From Patescibacteria group bacterium (GTDB taxonomy: Bacteria > Patescibacteriota > Patescibacteriia > UM-FILTER-42-10), in the NCBI GenBank assembly GCA_041664365.1, contig JBAYKW010000001.1:71168-135167 (forward strand): a stretch of DNA of 64,000 bases, read 5' to 3'. Position numbers and translations under genes: made by a program. Below the pieces are notes generated by a model that saw nothing but the letters and a program-made list of their open reading frames with translations, was not told the DNA's origin and made no database searches. Positions 58,352 to 64,000 of this stretch are shown one piece after another (the first letter of the stretch is position 1; each line of letters begins with the position of its first letter).

Positions 58352-59854
58352 ATGGCATTCTATTTGAGGGCAAAAAAGATTGATATTGAAACCGGCGAAA
58401 TGCCGAAGGTTCTTTTGAATGAAAAGGAGGCATTGAATTTTGGTATTCGTGCGGGGGATAGCATCGGTTTATCTTGGCATAATCGCAAAAGAATATTCGC
58501 AACTGTGAATTTAGCAGAAAAGGAGATTAAACCAGGAGAGATAGGGCTGTTTGAGGAAATCTGGGTTAAGTACCCGATGAAGAAAGATGAAATTATTGAA
58601 GTTGCAATAGTGGAACGCCCGGAATCAGTAAAAGCTATAAATAAAAAATTAAAAGGCGGTGTATTAAACTATGAAGAAATCCATTCAATAATCGCCGATA
58701 TTGTAAGCAGAAGACTTGGTCCTGTTGAGACTTCATATTTTGTCGCATCAGGTTTTTCACAACCGTATACATCTCAAGAATTGTACTCTTTGACGAAGTC
58801 AATCGCTGAAACGGGGGAACAGCTGAGTTTCCCTAAAAACAAAATTGTAGTGGACAAACATTCCGTCGGTGGTTTGGCCGGAAACAGAACAACAATGATC
58901 GTAGTACCGATTGTTGCTGCATTCGGTTTGTATATTCCCAAAACATCTTCACGTGCGATAACTTCTCCATCAGGAACAGCAGATACAATGGAGGTATTAG
59001 CACCGGTCAGTTTCACCATGGCAAGGATCAAGCAGATGGTAATGAAAAATAAAGTATGTATGATCTGGGGTGGCGGACTGAATATTGCTCCGGCAGATGA
59101 TTTAATAATCAAGGTTACAAAACCGTTATCCTTAGAACCATTTGATAAAATGGTTGTCAGTATTTTAGCAAAAAAAGTTGCAATGGGAATTAAATATCTG
59201 ATAATTGATATGCCGGTCGGTATTACATCGAAAATTCCGGATATGAAAACCGCAAATGATATTGAAAAGAAGTTCATATATCTGGGCAAGCGTTTCGGAA
59301 TTAAAGTTCATGTGGAAAAAATATTTGCCAATGAACCGGTAGGTAGAGGGGTCGGACCAGCATTAGAATCACGCGATGTCCTGCGTGTATTGCAACAAAA
59401 AAGCAACAGGCCAAAAGATTTACAGGATAAGGCACTGATTTTGGCTGGAAAACTTCTGGAAATATCCGGTCAGGTGGCGCGCGGTAAGGGAAAGTCAGTT
59501 GCAGAAGAAATTCTAGTTTCCGGTAAGGCATGGAAAAAAATGCAGGTTGTAATCAAGGAGCAAGGGGGTGATTCAACAATTGATTCAGACGCTGTGGTTT
59601 TGGGTGGTGAATATTACCGGGTACTTTCGACAAAGATTGGAAAGATAACTGCAGTTGATAATAAAGCCATAGACGAGATCGCCAGAACTTTAGGAGCTCC
59701 AGCAGAGAAGCTAGCCGGTATTTATTTACATAAAAGGGTTGGACAGGAAGTTAAGAAAGGCAGTAAACTATTCACTTTTTATGCAAACCGCAGGGAAAGA
59801 ATTGAACTCGCAAAAAAAGCTATTGAAAAGATCAATATATTTACAATTTCTTAG
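58352..59854 (+). CDS. AMP phosphorylase (archaeal-type thymidine phosphorylase family)
   Basis: N-terminal double-psi extension, DKHSVGG.AGNRTT, PKTSSRAITSPSGTADTMEVLA. Confidence 0.93.
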   Translation: MAFYLRAKKIDIETGEMPKVLLNEKEALNFGIRAGDSIGLSWHNRKRIFATVNLAEKEIKPGEIGLFEEIWVKYPMKKDEIIEVAIVERPESVKAINKKLKGGVLNYEEIHSIIADIVSRRLGPVETSYFVASGFSQPYTSQELYSLTKSIAETGEQLSFPKNKIVVDKHSVGGLAGNRTTMIVVPIVAAFGLYIPKTSSRAITSPSGTADTMEVLAPVSFTMARIKQMVMKNKVCMIWGGGLNIAPADDLIIKVTKPLSLEPFDKMVVSILAKKVAMGIKYLIIDMPVGITSKIPDMKTANDIEKKFIYLGKRFGIKVHVEKIFANEPVGRGVGPALESRDVLRVLQQKSNRPKDLQDKALILAGKLLEISGQVARGKGKSVAEEILVSGKAWKKMQVVIKEQGGDSTIDSDAVVLGGEYYRVLSTKIGKITAVDNKAIDEIARTLGAPAEKLAGIYLHKRVGQEVKKGSKLFTFYANRRERIELAKKAIEKINIFTIS

Positions 59855-59967
59855 TAATTCCACTCATTCTGTATTAACCGCTAATTTCAGCGGTTTTATG
59901 TTAACATTGACATGAATGAATGTTTGTGATAGTATCAAACGTTGTTTAAATTAGTAATAATATAGAT

Positions 59968-61614
59968 ATGAATAAAAAAATAATATTTTTGATAGTATTG
60001 ATATTTGGTGCTTTCATACCGATATCAGTAAAAGCTGCTAGTGTAACAAATAACGTAGATGACTTCATTGGAACATTAGCAGAACCAAGGACAATTCAAT
60101 ATAATCGTGCGCCATATTTTGATGGTGACCGATTGTTTAATGGTACAACCTTTCAAAATATTCTTCAGGGAGTAACTGATTTTGACAGCACAAATAGCAT
60201 TACCGCAAAGGATGGCGTTGTCATTAGTGCGCTTGCCTATGATTTAGGATATCCAAAACCTGCGGGATACGGGGATAATCTATTGGCGGTAGACGCGAAT
60301 GGTATTGTTGTGAGTGATCATGGTCCATTTTCACCCCAACTGACACTTGGGTTTGTTACAAAAAATGCACAACGGACCAGTTATGTGTTTTCACAAACAA
60401 AGAAAATTGGCATCCAGGTGACAAACGAATATTCCATAACTGCTTTTGTATATAATAGTGCAGGTGAAAAGATTGAAACAGTACAATTGGCAGGAAGCAC
60501 GTTTTATGGTATTACACTTCAGAATAATGCAAATTTTATTGTGTTACAGTTTGCAATACCTCAGGGTGCTGGAATAACCGGCTTAGTATTTGAACATAAG
60601 GGAATGGAGATTCCGGAGTTTGTACCATTGCCGGTAGTTAGTACTCTACCTGATTCAGATGTTGTAGGACCAAGTGATAAAACCGGAATAATTGTTGCCA
60701 GTAACCAATGGGAAGCGCCGTATGTTAGAGTATTCAGCAATCAAGGTGAGTTCATACGAGAATTCCTGGTTTACGAAAAAGAATATTTAGGTGGAATTAA
60801 TCTGTCGATTGGAGATATTACTCTTGATGGTAAGGCTGATATTGTCGTCAGTCCAGTGCTGGGAAGAATGCCGGAGGTAAAAATATACAGTGTAGAAGGA
60901 AATTTAATAAATTCATTTCTAGCATATGATGAAAGTTTCGGCGGTGGAATCAATATTGCAATTGGTGATGTTGACGGAAATGGAATCAAGGAAATAATCA
61001 CCGGAGCGGGAGTGGGCGGACATCTGGTAAAAGTTTTTACTTATCGTGATGGACAATATCAGTTAATGAAGGAGTTTTCCGCATACAATTATAATTATCT
61101 TTTAGGCGTAAAAGTAGCAGCCGGAGATTTGGACGGAGATGGTAAATCGGAAATAATTACTGGAACCGAATCAGGCGGTGGTCCTCACGTTCGGGTTTTT
61201 GACGGCAACGGCAATCTTAAATTTTCACCGGGGTTCTTTGCTTACCGTGAGGATTTAAGGCATGGAATTAAGGTTGCATGTGGTGATTTAGACGGCGACG
61301 GTAGGGATGAGATTATTACCGGAACAAATATACGAATGGGGCCGCATGTTAGAGTTTTCGATCCCTTCGGAAATATCAAATTTACGCCGGGATTCTTCGC
61401 CTATGATAATGCTTTTAGAGGCGGAGTAAATGTGGCTGTTGCTGATTTAAACCAGGATGGGCGTGACGAAATCATAACAGGTGCTGGCCCGGGTGGCGGT
61501 CCACATATCCGAATATTTAACAGATATGGCGATACAATTGTGAGCTCCGGGTTCTTTGCTTATCCCATGTCATACAGAAGTGGTGTTCAAGTAGGCGGGG
61601 GAATAATAGAATAA
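59968..61614 (+). CDS. Secreted FG-GAP/VCBS repeat (beta-propeller) surface protein
   Basis: Signal peptide; repeats of GGV.VA.GDLDGDG..EIITG.G.GGGPHVRVF. Confidence 0.88.
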   Translation: MNKKIIFLIVLIFGAFIPISVKAASVTNNVDDFIGTLAEPRTIQYNRAPYFDGDRLFNGTTFQNILQGVTDFDSTNSITAKDGVVISALAYDLGYPKPAGYGDNLLAVDANGIVVSDHGPFSPQLTLGFVTKNAQRTSYVFSQTKKIGIQVTNEYSITAFVYNSAGEKIETVQLAGSTFYGITLQNNANFIVLQFAIPQGAGITGLVFEHKGMEIPEFVPLPVVSTLPDSDVVGPSDKTGIIVASNQWEAPYVRVFSNQGEFIREFLVYEKEYLGGINLSIGDITLDGKADIVVSPVLGRMPEVKIYSVEGNLINSFLAYDESFGGGINIAIGDVDGNGIKEIITGAGVGGHLVKVFTYRDGQYQLMKEFSAYNYNYLLGVKVAAGDLDGDGKSEIITGTESGGGPHVRVFDGNGNLKFSPGFFAYREDLRHGIKVACGDLDGDGRDEIITGTNIRMGPHVRVFDPFGNIKFTPGFFAYDNAFRGGVNVAVADLNQDGRDEIITGAGPGGGPHIRIFNRYGDTIVSSGFFAYPMSYRSGVQVGGGIIE

Positions 61615-61720
61615 ACCATATAAAAAACTGTTTCGAATAGCGGAACGGTTTTTTATATTAAACACATTGACCCGCAATATAAACGGAACTACAATACACA
61701 TATCAGTAATTTTTAGATGA

Positions 61721-62941
61721 ATGAATATTTTTTTGCGTGAAACAAAACATTATAAGATGCTGCCTGAGAAGTCTCGGATTTTGATATTTTCCTTTGCTTT
61801 GCGCAGTATCGCGCATCCGCTTTTGACTATTTTTATCAATTCATTTATCTGGCGCAGCACCGCATCGCTTCCCAGTGTCGTTATATATAATCTCGGTTTT
61901 TTCATTTTTCTCCCACTTGGTTTTTATGTCAACGGGTTGTTATTAAAGCGGATTAAAATAACAAAGTTGTATTTTACCGGTTTAGTGGTGACTTCGATCG
62001 CGATTGCTGCGACGATTTTGTTTTCAGGCAGTACTGTCTGGCATTTTTTATTTTACGGTGGGATCTATGGTTTCGGTGCCGGAATCTACTGGGCAAACCG
62101 TAATTTTCTTACATTTCAGGAAATTGAATCCAGCCATCGCAATTACTTTTACAGCATTGCATCCATTCTGAATTCCCTTATTTCTTTGCTGGTTACTTTT
62201 TTGGTTGGTTGGCTGATCGTGCTGGGGGAGAATAGCGGGCTGTATACCCCAACAATTGCCTACTGGGTGCTTTCCGTGCTGGCCGTAGTAGTCATGACAT
62301 ATTCCGGAGTAATAATTTTGAAAACAGATTATGTTACACCTAAAATAAATACCATAGCCAAATTCCGGATTTCCACAAAATGGAATATGGTACGGCTGAT
62401 CAGCTTTAGTATGGGAGTTTTGGAAGGAGTAGGGTTCTTCCTTCCGACGCTACTTATTTTATTTTATCTGGGTGACGAGGGAGTATTAGGAACGATCAGT
62501 ACAATTGTCACATTAATAATTGCCACTGCGACATATCTGTACGGTCGGCTTTCTAAAAGTCATCATCGCAAACCGGTATTTTTTGTATCGCTTTCCCTGA
62601 ATATATTATTTTCAATATTTTTATTGCTATTAGATCACCCATTCAATATTTATGTTTATGTATTATTTGCCGGCATTGCCTCCATCTTTCAGTGGCTGAC
62701 AATCGAGCCGATTCTTCTGGACGTTATGGATGACGAGACCAACGAGGAGATGGATAACCAGTACATGTTTGTTTTTGACAAGGAGTTGTTTCTGAATATT
62801 GGCAGGTTTTTCAGTGTTTCTGTTTTGTTATTGATAATAAAATTTACATCACAAAAGACAGGGTTAATGGTTTCGCCGCTCATATTGGGCGTAAGTCAGT
62901 TAATACTAATGTCATATATCCTGCGGAAAAGTAAATTTTAG
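61721..62941 (+). CDS. MFS transporter
   Basis: About twelve TM helices, G.YW.NRN motif. Confidence 0.8.
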   Translation: MNIFLRETKHYKMLPEKSRILIFSFALRSIAHPLLTIFINSFIWRSTASLPSVVIYNLGFFIFLPLGFYVNGLLLKRIKITKLYFTGLVVTSIAIAATILFSGSTVWHFLFYGGIYGFGAGIYWANRNFLTFQEIESSHRNYFYSIASILNSLISLLVTFLVGWLIVLGENSGLYTPTIAYWVLSVLAVVVMTYSGVIILKTDYVTPKINTIAKFRISTKWNMVRLISFSMGVLEGVGFFLPTLLILFYLGDEGVLGTISTIVTLIIATATYLYGRLSKSHHRKPVFFVSLSLNILFSIFLLLLDHPFNIYVYVLFAGIASIFQWLTIEPILLDVMDDETNEEMDNQYMFVFDKELFLNIGRFFSVSVLLLIIKFTSQKTGLMVSPLILGVSQLILMSYILRKSKF

Positions 62942-62999
62942 ATTTAAATATTTAAGAGAAAATTAAAACAGTATTAATCGATACTGTTTTTGATTATGC

Positions 63000-63437
63000 T
63001 TAAAGTTTTCCCTGCTTAACCAGATCAGCGGATGACGGACCTGTTTGAATTTTGTAATGTGTTTTAGATTGATCCGCAAAATAATCTCTTATCCGTTCTA
63101 CTTGTTTAGGGGAAGTGTTTTTCGGAAATTGTTCCAATCCAAAGTATTTAATTTCATCTGCTTCATCAGTCAGTGTAATTTCACCACAAGTTATTTCACA
63201 GGTAAAAGAAAATACAATTTCATTTTTATCCGGTTTGCTGTATACACCTGAAAGATGAATTATTCTGGTATCGAGACCTGTCTCTTCCTTAATCTCGCGA
63301 ATTACAGCGTCCCAGGGAGATTCATTTGCTTCCACTTTGCCTCCAGGCAGATTCCACAAATCCAAATCCCGGCGGTGACTGAGTAAAACTCGTTCCTTTT
63401 CATCCATGATTATTCCGAATGTTCCGATGGTGAACAT
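63000..63437 (-). CDS. NUDIX hydrolase
   Basis: WNLPGG.VE..ESPW....REIKEETGL; likely start MFTIG. Confidence 0.9.
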   Translation of the reverse strand: MFTIGTFGIIMDEKERVLLSHRRDLDLWNLPGGKVEANESPWDAVIREIKEETGLDTRIIHLSGVYSKPDKNEIVFSFTCEITCGEITLTDEADEIKYFGLEQFPKNTSPKQVERIRDYFADQSKTHYKIQTGPSSADLVKQGKL

Positions 63438-63438
63438 A

Positions 63439-63816
63439 TTAAATAAATTTTCGACAGTTTTTCGCTCCGCAGTTGCATTCAAAATGCATCAGCATCTTTG
63501 ATTTGGAATAATCTGACGTTATTTCTTCACCTTCTTTAATATCTCTGACCGCAATATCGCAATCCTCTCCGGTTTCTGTGTTCGGATCGCAGGAGTGATT
63601 AACGTATCTTTCCGGTTCCTGCTGATGCAGATATTTGCCTCCCGCATAGTTGGCGATGTAATGCCTTTCAGAGGCAGGCAGTTTTTTAACTTCTTCCATG
63701 CTAAGAATGCTGTTCACTTGCCAGGGGAGCACTACCTCGCCTTTTTTAAAGTCTTTCGTCGCAAAAACACCCTTATTGTTGATGCTGGACCCTTTAACTA
63801 TTACGTTATCTGTCAT
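63439..63816 (-). CDS. SET-domain protein with post-SET motif
   Basis: GVFATKD..KGE, RYVNHSCDPN, EEITSDY, CNCGAKNC. Confidence 0.9.
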   Translation of the reverse strand: MTDNVIVKGSSINNKGVFATKDFKKGEVVLPWQVNSILSMEEVKKLPASERHYIANYAGGKYLHQQEPERYVNHSCDPNTETGEDCDIAVRDIKEGEEITSDYSKSKMLMHFECNCGAKNCRKFI

Positions 63817-63824
63817 AAATGTTT

Positions 63825-64000
63825 TTATTTAAAATTAGGGTTGCGATTGAAGAAATCGGTTAATGCGCCTTCTTTGTTATCTAAATCTATTTCTTTAAGT
63901 TCGTCAAGCGAAACCCATTTGTATTGTGATGCCTCTCTTTGGTCCAGTGTGGGTTCCATATCAGTGTGCACATGAAAATACATGATTAGTCGGGAAGTTT
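63825..64000 (-). CDS. Partial CDS running off the window end, NUDIX-like C-terminus
   Basis: Hand-translated ...IMYFHVHTDMEPTLDQREASQYKWVSLDELKE...NPNFK*. Confidence 0.5.
   Translation of the reverse strand, partial: TSRLIMYFHVHTDMEPTLDQREASQYKWVSLDELKEIDLDNKEGALTDFFNRNPNFK

Noticed and set aside
60700-61600. DNA-level repeats as a diversity-generating or mobile repeat
   Set aside because: Fully explained by FG-GAP protein repeats; no reverse transcriptase or template/variable repeat pair is seen.

Overview
Bacterial chromosomal window, most likely from a Patescibacteria/CPR (Parcubacteria-like) genome. This is inferred from the gene set: an archaeal-type AMP phosphorylase / R15P isomerase / form III-like RuBisCO trio, a CPR-style VirB4/TraG-like ATPase, a short HrcA, and a CxxC-x17-CxxC protein. 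The backbone is moderately AT-rich housekeeping DNA: dnaE, rodA, plsC, a CIRCE-controlled hrcA-grpE-hsp20-dnaK...dnaJ region, cysS, corA, dnaX, tRNA-Gln(CTG), metal transporters, queG and guaB/guaA. Three unusual layers sit on top of it. (1) About six visibly GC-rich single-gene units, mostly with their own sigma70 promoter, Shine-Dalgarno and terminator. These include a stand-alone RNA polymerase alpha-CTD and an AccB-like protein lacking its biotin lysine, and two adjacent unrelated units share a covarying ~80-nt structured 3' element. (2) A tRNA-Gln / GIY-YIG nuclease locus with several tRNA fragments interrupted by hairpin inserts. (3) Small palindromic or MITE-like insertions, one with a clear 4-bp target duplication that split a TAATG gene junction. 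A membrane-anchored single-ring Clp ATPase with a small upstream membrane peptide is also notable. All calls were made by eye from the sequence and ORF track; no searches were run.
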